Shown here piece after piece: positions 26,080-37,800 of a stretch of DNA of 64,000 nucleotides. Within the stretch, counting starts at the first letter, position 1. The number at the start of each line of letters is the position of its first letter. The stretch is from Lama glama (lineage: Eukaryota): positions 6,510,001-6,574,000 of the forward strand of contig CM052851.1 in the NCBI GenBank assembly GCA_028534125.1, written 5' to 3'. The translations under genes were made by a program, and so were the position numbers. The notes under the pieces are model-generated. The model did no database searches. It was not told the DNA's origin and saw only the letters and a program-made list of their open reading frames with translations.

Positions 26080-27010
26080 GGGCTAAAGGAGAGCGTGTAC
26101 GGAAAGTGCCCGCACGACGCTCGGCACACAGTAGGGGCTCCGCAGTCCACAGTACCCGACCCGCCCACGCCGAGCGCGTAGTAGGCGTGAAGTGACGAAC
26201 GGGCAGACCAGCCCGGGAACCACAGAAAGGGGCCGGGCGTCCGTGCTCCGACGGGTGGGGTGGGTGGGGCCGCCTGGTGGGGCCGCCCGGGGTCTCGGCC
26301 TCACGTGACCCCTTGGCCGTGTCTCAGCGACGCGCACGCGCAGACTGCGGCCAGCCTTCGGAGCGCGCGCCCCACGGGCGACCCGGGGGCACAGCTGCGC
26401 GTGCGCTGAAGGACTGGCCGGCGCGCAGCTCAAGTTGAGACGCGGGCGTGAGGCCGAACGAGTCCGTCAGCCAGGCTTTGTGAGAGGTTGGCGCCCGCCC
26501 TTTTCAGAGAGCGGTTCTTAGTGCTTGGCCGAGGTCACGTTGATGAGGCGCGAGGAACCCTTAATCCGTGTGTGAGAAAGAGCCCGGGCGAGCCTGGGAG
26601 GGGGCTTGGGTCTGAGGTAACGGCCCGGAGCGGCCTGGTGCTCTAGTGAGGTTGGCGCCTTTCTCTGAGGGAGATTTCTGGGCCTGGCCCCACCACGCCG
26701 TAGCCGCCCCCTGGGGCAGTCTTCGCAGCCCGGGGTCCCTTTGGCCGCCCAGCACGCGTGAGGCACAGGCTGTGCCCTCCGCAGGGCCTTGTGGTCGGGC
26801 GGCCGCCTGGTGCTCAGGTCGCCGGCGGCGAGGGGGAGAGGGAGAGCCGAGCGGGCAGGGAGGGAGTTGGCGGCGGCGGGCCTCGGCGGGTGCCGAGCTG
26901 CGTGCAGATCCCCTTCCTCAGGCGAATGAGCAGCGAAGAGGCGAGGATCCTCGTCCAGGTTCGCTAGGGACTGCTCTTGCCGCCGCACCACACCCAGCAC
27001 GGAATGCTGC
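26080..27010 (+). promoter_or_regulatory. MAJIN: CpG island; MAJIN promoter and probable non-coding first exon
   Basis: The only strongly CpG-rich stretch in the window, about 8 kb upstream of the MAJIN ATG. Candidate donor GAG|gtaacg at 26617. Contains NRF1, E-box and MYB motifs. Confidence 0.8.
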
Positions 27011-29408
27011 CTCTGGCAGAGATCCAGTCACCTGAGGTCCCCAGCTCCCCTCACCGCACCCTCTTTAAAAAAAGGAAAAATCTTTTCCCGATAACAGTGT
27101 TCATTCTGGTCTATAACCACCCTCTAGCCTAAGCTTAGCTGCCGTGAAAACAAGACCTCTTCGTTAAAACATATCTTGTCGCATCATGTCTTAATGATTT
27201 GAATGAGTTTCTGGCTGTCAGATGCCTGATTGAACCTAGGAAGTAGATATTTGAGTCATGGCATTCAGTGAGGTCTCAGGTCCTTGAATCTTGGCATCTG
27301 GGAAAGCAGACAGAAAGATTCAAGCAGGTATGCTTTGCTGTAATGTACATCCTTGACTTTCCTGAACTTTGGTTCCTTCATCTGCATATCTGCACGTAGT
27401 AAACCTAGAACAGTATCCAACAGGCTACCTAGAATCTCTTCGGATAGTTCATGGGCTCCTTAAAATTGAGCATGTCCAGATATGGACTCAATATCTTCCC
27501 CTCAAAAACAACTTTCCAAGGCTCCTTTTTTAGGGGGAATGTGGCACTTTTATTTCTTCAGTCATTTGTTCAAGCAATTCACCATCATCCTTGTCTGTCC
27601 TCCCTCACCCCATCAAGTCACCATATCATGACTAGACATCTTCCTAGGCATTTTCTACACCAGTCCACTTATCGTCATCTCCGTTTTCATCACTGTAAAC
27701 CAGGCTATTAGCCCCTGCCTAGGACCACAGGAGTCTCCTAGCTGATCCTTTATCATCTGTTCTTGTTCTGGATTATTTCCCACATTGCAACCAGAGGGAT
27801 TGTTTTAGTTTGTTGGTTTGTTTGTTTGCTTAAACTCACAGCCATGGTCATGTCATCTCTTTATTATGCCCTTCAGTGCCTTCCTGTTGCTCTTTGGATA
27901 GACTCCACAATCCATACCCTGGCCTGTAAGGAAGGCCCTCATCCCTTCTCTATACTTTCTTGCTGAATGGTCTCATCCATTCCAGTAGCTTCAAGTACCA
28001 TCTAAACACTGATGACCCAAATTTATATTTCTATCTTTATTTCCATTCCTTGCATACTAGGAGACTGCCCCGTTGACATATTCACTGGGATGTCTAACAG
28101 GCCTCTCACACTTAACCAAAACGGGACAGAAAGAGAAAGGCCAATAAATCTCTTTCACCAGACTCTTTCCCCATCTCATTAAAGGGTCTGTACCATTATC
28201 TACCTAACAGCAAAGGCCAAAATCAAGAGCCATCCTCGATTCCCACATTTAGTCCATCAGTCTTAAATATACCCCAGTTCTAACTATTCACTAACTACTA
28301 AGACCCCCAGAGTCCAAATCAGAAGCATTTCTCCTGGACTATTTCAGATCTTCCTAACTGGTCTCCCTGCTTCTACTCTTGTACTATTACAGTTCATCTT
28401 CCTCTTGGCAGCCAGAGTGCTATTTCTAAAGCATAAATCATATAATTTCCTTTTTATAAAACCCTTAGTGTAAAATCTGAACCCTTTACAGTGGCCTATA
28501 GGCCTCACATGGCCTGGCTCCTGCCTGTCCCTCTGACTTCATCTCCCTGCACTCTGTCTCCATTCTCTGTGCTCTATCACACTGACTTTTCTATCTGTTA
28601 AACTACCCATCACAGGGTATCTGTGCTTGCTGTTTTTTCCTGCTTGGGATGCTTTTCCCTTTGACGTTGCTATTTCACTTTCCATTAAGACCTTAACTCA
28701 GTTGTGATGTCTTCTAAAAGGCCTTCACTGGTCACACTAGCTAAAGCAGACTCCCAGTCACTGTCTACTACAAAACCCTGTTTATTTTCTTCATAGTACT
28801 TATAGTACTTAACATTACACTTACTTGTTTATATGTCTATTGTTGCTCTCCACACCTCCTGAAATGTAAGCTCTTAAAGACAAGAAATCAAGTCTTGTTA
28901 CCCATTCTGTCAGTGCTCAGAACAATGCCTGATACATGGTAGGCTCTCAAATGTGTGTTGACGTACTACTTATCTCTGTATTCTTATTTCAATAGCCGTG
29001 TCCTTCTTGATGACTGTGTTCCAGAAGTACTGTAATTCTCTTTTTTGAAAGTACGTTGCTCTCTCATGAGGACACTTGTATCTGCTGTTTTCCTGTACCC
29101 ACATCAGACCCCACGCCCACTCTCTATTTGTGTCTCCCCAACTCATTCTTCAGATATGAGTCACTTAGAGTGGTCTTCCCTGACTTCCATTGTAGGTTAG
29201 GATTCTCTGTCATGTTTCCATATCACCCTATCCTTTTTTGTAGCAGTCATCACACTTAAAATTATTTGTAAGCTCTTTGCAGGTAGGGACTAAATTCTTA
29301 TTCTTCCCCCACTTTATTTCCAGCACTTAAGTTTCTGGAACATAGAGGCATGCAGTTATTTGTGAACTAAGTGAATGAATATTGAGTGAACACAAGATTG
29401 AGAAGATC

Positions 29409-29533
29409 GGGGGGAGGGTATAGCTCAGTGATAGAGGGCATGTTTAGCATGCACAAGGTCCTGGGTTCGGTCTCCATCACCTCCATTAAAATAAGCAAAT
29501 AATCCTAATTACCTCACCACCAAAAAAAAAAAA
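29409..29533 (+). mobile_element. tRNA-derived SINE (Vic-1-like)
   Basis: Same consensus with poly-A tail; AGATTGAG direct repeat in the flanks. Confidence 0.8.
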
Positions 29534-32500
29534 TAGATTGAGCGGATCAAATCAGGTCCAAACTAGGAGAGCAGTTAGCATGGAGTGTAAGTTAGCTGAT
29601 CTGCCCTGCCTACTTCAATAGATGTCTTTGGATCTTGTGAGATGGGGCTAGGAAAGCATTGTATAAACTAAAAGCACTTTATAAGATTTTTTTTTATCGG
29701 ATCAGATGCATATGGTCTTTCAAAGTACAAAGCTTTATGTTTCTTAGTAATAATGCCTGATTCTGTTATTTTAGAGCTATACTTATGTGGTAAAATATGA
29801 AAAGTTGAGGCTAATACTGAGTCTAGGTTAATTCATAAGATAACTGTATACTTGACACTCTTCTTTCAGCTGGACTATCTTGCTTTAGCAATACATCTGA
29901 GTTTTAATTTTGCCCTTGATGTCTAATCTTGGTCAGATTAGATGATCTCCTCAGGTTAGGTTCATCTTTTTGTAAACCTAGTAAATACAATTCTTATCTC
30001 CTCAATAACTCACCAAAATTAGATTAAAGTCAGTAAAATATAAAATTTCCTATATGAAATTTGCTCTTTATATAAAAGTAATTTAGTTTTCTTAGTAACT
30101 TAATTTCTTCAGAATCTGCCATTATTTCATGCCAAGAACAAAGCTGTATATTTTAGAAGCTTTCTTTTCACATTTTTCTGTATCTGTCGTCTGTCACTAA
30201 GACCCTTGAGATTTGTACATCAAGGACTCAGAGTTTATAGCTCAAAATTGTAAAAGATGTTCCTTTTTCTCTAGCTAAGGATATTCTCTTCACTATTTGC
30301 CCTTCTGAAACTACTGATGCTTTTTTTTTTAAATCTTCTTCCTTACATGTACTGCTTCAGAGTAATTCATCCAATGGTGTAGCCAATAAAATGTCCATCA
30401 TTGCCAGCAATTTTATATCCAAATGCTTTTAGGGTTCTTGGGATTAGTAGGGTTTTTAGAGTGCTTCAGTGAATTCAGTGTGATGTGAATGCTAATAGTT
30501 TGATCTTCATGTAACAAGATGCAACTAATGGGCAGGGTGGTGAGATGAAATATACCATTCTATTGCATTTCCAGAATAAGGAGCACAGTCCTGGACCTAT
30601 TGACCGAAGGTAATTTTTCCATTAGATTTTAGGATGGTTAAGATGGAAATGGAAGAGCCACTTAGGTGCAAAGAGTAACTTAAAAGATCGACTTAGACTC
30701 CTATCTGGCCTATTGAGTTGTTCACTAAGGCCTTTTGATATAATTTCAAGGCATCTTCTTACCTCTCTGTTAGAAGATTTAGTTACTCCTCCCCTCACAA
30801 ACAAAGCAAAACAAAATCTGACTGTTCCAGTGGCAAATATATTCCTGAACAAAAGCCAGTGGTGTTTTAAAGATTGTGCCTTACCAGAAAGATAAGTAGA
30901 AACCTAATGAGAAAGAGAATGACATCAGTAAGCGTGGCAGTATCTTTGGTAGTCTTAGATCAGCTTCCTCCTGTCCTATATCTTAATACTTGCTTTTAAA
31001 AAGGCTATTTTTGGGTAACCTATGTGAGAGCACTACAATAAGCACTTATATATGCATTACTTCATTAATCATCCTAATCACCCTGCAAGATCAGGAAACT
31101 GAGAAATAATTCCTTTTGAAAGTAGAGCTTGAAGACAAACAAATGTAAATGTAGCCCTTCATACCCCTAGATGTAATCCTAAGAAGCTTTAATCAAAAAA
31201 ATTTCCATTTTTGTTTGATTCCTTTGTACCCAGATTGAGCTTGCCTTAAGTCATCCAGAGTTATGAGAGTGACCAGGGTTATAGTTTAGTAAAATGACTG
31301 ACTGGGTGATGTGTTGTGATAGAAAATGTGTGGGCCAAAGGAATCAACAATCTTGGGGGGCTAATCCTGGTTCCATACTGAGTTATGTGACCTTGTGGAA
31401 GTTATTTCCTTCTTTGATGAATTCACTTCCCTTTTACCCCATCTAAAATGAAGGGCACTTCTAGCTATAGGCAACCATAAATCTCAAGTTATAAATATAG
31501 ACTTTCAGAGAGTCTGGATATGCTTCAGCAAAGGCAGGCTAGCCAAAGACTGAAACTAGCCGAAGACTTTTGAAGGTAGAAGGAGAAATTGGACATCTGT
31601 CCTCAATCTCAGTTCTAAAACTTAGGGGCTAAATTCATAGCATCAGTGGGATTTTCCCTATTTTGTTGCCCACACTCTTTAGTGGTCACAGAGCCTATTG
31701 TGTTAGGTCTGCTCAGTAAACATAATTTGAATAAATGCTTATGAAAGCTCTTTTATTCTTTAGTGCTGTGGAGGGTTTTACATCAAATATTACCAGATAT
31801 ATTTAGTGACGTACTTCCTATGATCATCTTCAACTTCAGTAGTCAGTATCATTATCCTCATACCGGATTCAGCCCTGCTTCAGGTTCTATGCACTGACTC
31901 AGATGTTTCTTTACGTGAAACTAATTACTAAAACCTTGAAAAATCTTTCTTACAGCAGTGCCAGTGTGTCATTTAAATCTATTATTGGGGATTTTCAAGG
32001 AAAGATTCTTAATTAGGATTTGTCAGATCTTGCACTGACATTAAAGCTAATCAGTTTTGCTGATTATCTTGAATTTGCTAGTAAAGCATTAAGAGAGAAA
32101 CTCTTCAAATCTATCAAAACAGCTAATGTTTATAGAATAGTCCAGAGTTTATGAAGTGCCATTTAGAGTATTATCTCATTTAATCCCCACAGTAATCCCA
32201 GGGGTAGATGGAATCCCCATTTGTAGATGTAGAAATCTGAGAAATGAAGAGGCTAAGTGACTTGGTCAGGGTCTAATGACTGCTAAGAGGCAGGGCTAGG
32301 GCTCAAGCCTTGGTCCTCCATTTCCAAATCCTATGTCTTTCCCACTATCCCATGTTGCCTATAACTTCTCTTGTTTTAAAGGCATCATGTTTTGTGATCA
32401 CCTAAAATTGGTTGAGAGTCTGACCCTTCATCTGCAAGATCCCATCAATTTAATAATAGTTCTTGAGACATAGTGTCACCATGACTGCAGTACTCATGTT

Positions 32501-34727
32501 GGAAAACAACCTTATGAAATCTTTGAACCACTACTACTATGTAGTTGTTTGGGATTATACAGTCTAATCTTTATTTTCAAATAAGGCAATTAGTGTGTGG
32601 TGTTTGTTTCTGAAGCGGGCAGCCAGCAATTAACAGGAACAGGCCCCAGCTAGAAGAGAGTTGTTTTTACTTCTTTCAGACAGCCAGCTGTGGCACAGCA
32701 CATGAAGTTTCCTCTCTGGATTGTCATTTCCAGCAAATGTTCTTCATTTCCTTTGCTCTGATGCCCTCAGTCCTTAGTCTGTGGAAAGAAGTGACTGCAT
32801 TTTAGAAGAACCTTCTGAATTATTAAGGGCTAATTATTTGTGGCAGCGACCTAAGTCTCACCAGGTGGGCTCCCTGCCTATTTAGCACAGCCACCAAAAA
32901 CACCATCAAATCTAGCCTGGGTTCCTGCCATGCCTTGGACATGGGGAATTTGCAATTTTTTTCTCAGGATATGAACAGTATTTCCCCTCTGGTAACTCTG
33001 CAGTTGGCACCAACTATTTCTTTTCACTTTTGACTGTAATTCCAGTCTAAATAGTCTCGGGCTCTGGCTCCAGCCTCCTGTCACTCTAATCCCAGGCAGC
33101 CAGGATCAGACACTGGGATATCTCTTTACTGGCAGCCCCAGACTTGAACTTAAGAAATTGTGGGAAATTCCATTCTTTGGGCACATAGATCTTCTGACTT
33201 TACCATTCTAGAGTTTTCCCTGCTGAGTAGACATGGTATCAGGGTAATGCAGAAGAAAGAATAATGAAAATAGTCCTTTATGTATGTATAATATTTTAGT
33301 ACTTATAAAATAATTTTATGTTCATTATCTCATTTTTTTCTTCCTAATAATCCCAGAAAGCAGAGTGGAAAAGTGATTAAGAGCATCAAGTCTGAATTTA
33401 TACTGCCTCAGTTTGAATCCTAGTTCCAACATTCATAGCCATTGGAAGCTTTCTTCATCTCTCAGTGCCTCAATTTCTTCATCTATCAAATTTAGACTAC
33501 TTATTTCATAGGCTTGTTGTGAAGATTAAGTGAAATTATATATAAAGTACTTAGAAGAGGGTATGACAAAAAGTTGTTGTTGTTATTTTATAAATAAGAA
33601 AACCAAAACCCAGAGAAATTATATATGGACAATTGAGCTGAAATTAAAACCTAATTTATTCTTACTTTGTGCTTGTTCTATCTATCCCATACCAGCTGCC
33701 TCTAAATCAATACCTCTCACTGTATATAGGTTGATTTGATCCTAGGAACTCTGGACTCTTACTCTCATTATTTAGTATTTAAACTTCCATATGAAGAGAC
33801 AGAAAGTGCAGGATTTATTATCTCTACTTTACAAATAAAAAGAGGCACAGAAAAGTCTGGTGACTTAGAAAATCACAGTGTGCTTGAGTCTTACTTCTGA
33901 GTGCATACCAAATGCCCTCTTGGAGTAAAATAGACATGCCATACTTCTCTTTCCATTTCTCCCTTCTCCTGAGTTTCCCACAGAGAGGGCCTTAAATGAG
34001 CAGAGATTCTGGAATAAGAAAATTAAAACTAATTACTGCTAGGAGGATGGTAGGCACTCTTGTGGCATAGGGCACTCTCATAAGTGGTGAAGAGGAAGAA
34101 TAGTTGAGAGGTAGGGAAGATAAGGTATTCCTTGGCAACACTGGAAAACGTTAGTATACATCCTGATTTACTGCATTGGTTGTGGCAGGGACGTGTGCTA
34201 AACTTCATCTAAAATTAATAGCAGAGGTCTTTCTGATTGTGCTTCTTATTGGTGCATCCTTTGAATTGTTTCATTATTTGACTTCAGTCCTCTTTACATT
34301 GGCATAGGTTCCAGGGAAAATGGGGACAAGGGAGAAAAATAGATTCAAGAGATATTTTGGAGGTAGATTGAGCCCTAACAAAAATCCTGTGAGTCATCAG
34401 ATGTTAGTATCATTAATTTCATGGAAGAGAAGTAAATTGCACAAGGTTATAAGATAAACAAAACTTCAACTCAGATCTTTTGACTTCAAGTATAGAGATT
34501 GTCCCCAAACACCATATATCCTGTCCATGCAGGTAAGAAAATGGTCCAGGTAATTAACGTCAGAACTGAGCCTGGGACATGGGCAATGGTACTGAGAACT
34601 AGACATTTTACTCATGAAGAAGTACTACAGATTGGGCAGGCTCTCTTTCCTGTACATAAGGAACCATCTTTAGCTGTTAAATAATTCTCTAATGTCTCTA
34701 CTTTATTTAGGCTATCGTTTGGAAGCA

Positions 34728-34828
34728 ATGAGTTTAAAACCTTTCACCTACCCGTTTCCAGAGACAAGGTTTCTTCATGCGGGATCCAATGTATATAAAT
34801 TCAAAATCAGATATGGCAACAACATCAG
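34728..34828 (+). CDS. MAJIN: MAJIN coding exon 1
   Basis: Exon starts at 34711 after ctttatttag; [33 protein letters not shown]; donor AG|gtaatt. Confidence 0.95.
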
Positions 34829-37800
34829 GTAATTTTAAAGTTAGGAGAGTAGCCTTTGCAAACACAGGTTAGTACATTCCTACAGGTCATTCCTTCTCTG
34901 CCTTCACCTAATCTGGGAGACTGACTGAAGCAGCACCTTGTAGGACTCTTTCCCAAGTATTTTATATTCTGTATATGTATTATTCGTGTAAGTTTTTAAA
35001 TTAGCGATGGCATACCTTTGGGGCAGTGGTTCTCAAATTTTTTTAATCTCAGGACCCCTGTGCACTCTTAGAATTGAGAATTCCAAAGAGTTTTTGATTA
35101 AGTGGGTTATACTTGTCAGTATTTATCAGATAGATAAAATAATAAACTTATTAATTTTAAAATAATGTATCATTAAATGTTAATGAATAACATTTTATTA
35201 AAAATAACTTTTTTTTAAGAATTAATGAGAAGATTGGTATTGTTTAACCCCCTGGGACTTACCCCAGGAATGCAAGGATAGTTCAACATATAAAAATCAA
35301 TTAATATAATACATTACATCAATAGAAAGAAGGGGGAAAAAAACACATGATCATCTCAATTGATGCAAAAAAGGCACTTGATCAAATCCAACACTCTTTT
35401 ATGATAAAAACACTCAATAAACTAGGAGTAGAAGGGAACTTCCCTCAACATAAAGGCCACATATAAAAAACCCACAGCTAACATCATACTCAGTTGTGAA
35501 AAACTTAAAGCTTTTTCATTAAGATCAGGAGCANNNNNNNNNNNNNNNNNNNNNNNNNNNNNNNNNNNNNNNNNNNNNNNNNNNNNNNNNNNNNNNNNNN
35601 NNNNNNNNNNNNNNNNNNNNNNNNNNNNNNNNNNNNNNNNNNNNNNNNNNNNNNNNNNNNNNNNNNNNNNNNNNNNNNNNNNNNNNNNNNNNNNNNNNNN
35701 NNNNNNNNNNNNNNNNNNNNNNNTTAGAGATGATCAGTGAATTCAGCAAAGTTTCAGGATACTAACTCAGTTTTAGTGTATACAACATTGATTTGTATAC
35801 AGTAGCAACAAACAATCTGAAAATTAGGAAAACAATTTCATTTGTAATAGCATCAAAAAGAAAAAATACTTAGCAATAAATTTAACCAGTGAGATGCAAG
35901 ATTTGCACACTGAAAACTACAAAGTACTGCTGAAAGAAATAAAAGGAGACCTAAGTAGACATCTTGTGTTCATAGATTGGAAGACTTAGTATTATTAAGA
36001 TGAAAACAGTACTCAAAGCAATCAGCAGATTCAAAGCAATCCATGTCAAAAATCCTAAATGGCTTTTTTTTTTGCAAAAATGTACAAACCAATCCTAAAA
36101 TTTATATGGAGTTTCAAGGAACCCCAAATTGCCAAAATAACCTTGAAAAAGAACAAAGTTGGAATACTCATACTTCCCAATTTAAAAACTTACAACAAAG
36201 CCTCAAGTAAGCAAAAAATATGGTACTGGCCATTTCCTCAAATAAAGCAAGACTTTTGATCTTGCCATTTGTGACAACATGGAGGGCATTATGCTAAGTG
36301 AAGCAGGACAGAAAAAAGACAAATACTGCATGATCTCACTTATAGGTGGAATCTAAAGAAAAAACTCCCAAAACAAAAAACTGAAATTATAGATACAAGG
36401 AACAGATTGGTGGTTGCCAGAGGTGGGGTGTAGGGGTGAGCAAAATGGGTGAAAAAGTGGTCAAAAGGTACAAGCTTCTAGTTATAAAATCAGTAAGTCC
36501 TGGGGGTGTAATGTACAGCATGGTGACTGTAGTTAATAATACCATATTGCATATTTGAAAGTTGCTAAGAGAATAGATCTTAAAACTTATTATCACAAAA
36601 AAAAATTTTTTGTAACTGCACAGTGACGGATGTTAAATAGAGTTATTGTGATCAATCATTTTGCAGTGTATTCAAATATTGAATTGTTATGTTATACACC
36701 TGAAATTAATGTTATATGTCAGTTATGCCTCAGTTAATAAAAAGGTTAAGACAAATGCACACACACACGCACAAATTATGGTACTGGTATAAGGACAGAC
36801 TATAGACCAATAGTATAGAATTGAGAGCCCAGAAGTAAATATCTATAGTCAATTGATTTCTGACTAGAATGCTAAGACCATTCAATGAGGAGAGAACAGT
36901 CTCTAACAAATGGTTTTGAGAAAACTGAATATCCACATTCAGAAGAATAAAGTTAGACCCTTACCTTACACAATATACAATAGTTAACCAAAAAGGAATC
37001 AAAGACCTAAATTTAAGAGAGTAAGTCATAAAAAAAACTTAGAAAAAACATAGGGGCAAATCTTGATTTTGGATTTATCAGTGGTGTCTTAAAATACCAA
37101 ACACACAGGCAACAAAAGATATTAGATAAATTGGACTTATTTAATTTTTTTGATTGGGCATTTAAGAACACTACCAACAGAATGAAAAGGCAAATCACAG
37201 ATGGGAGAAAATATTTGCAAATCATATATCTGATAAGAGCTTAATATCTAGAATATATAAAGAACTACAACTTACCAACAAAAAGATAAGCAATCCAATT
37301 AAAAATGGACAAAGGACTTAAACAGACATTTCTCTAAAGATATACAAATGGCCAGTAAGCACAAGTCTCATTAGTCACTAGGAAAATACGAATCAAAACC
37401 ACAATGATATGCCACTTTACACCTACTAGGATGGCTATAATTTAGAAAACAAAAAATACCANNNNNNNNNNNNNNNNNNNNNNNNNNNNNNNNNNNNNNN
37501 NNNNNNNNNNNNNNNNNNNNNNNNNNNNNNNNNNNNNNNNNNNNNNNNNNNNNNNNNNNNNNNNNNNNNNNNNNNNNNNNNNNNNNNNNNNNNNNNNNNN
37601 NNNNNNNNNNNNNNNNNNNNNNNNNNNATACAAATATTGTATGATTCCGCTTATATGAAGTATTAAAATAGGAAAAGTGATAGAGACAGGAAGTAAACTA
37701 GAGGTCACTAAGGGCTAGGTGGAGGGGAGAATGAGGAGTTATTGCTTAGTAAGTACAGTGTTTCTATTTGTGGAGATGAGCTTTGTAATTTTTTGGCGGG

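Noticed and set aside
26083-27035. GC-rich ORFs of 64-160 aa in the CpG island
   Set aside because: Stop-poor frames are expected at high GC. They are Arg/Pro/Ala-rich with no recognisable domain.
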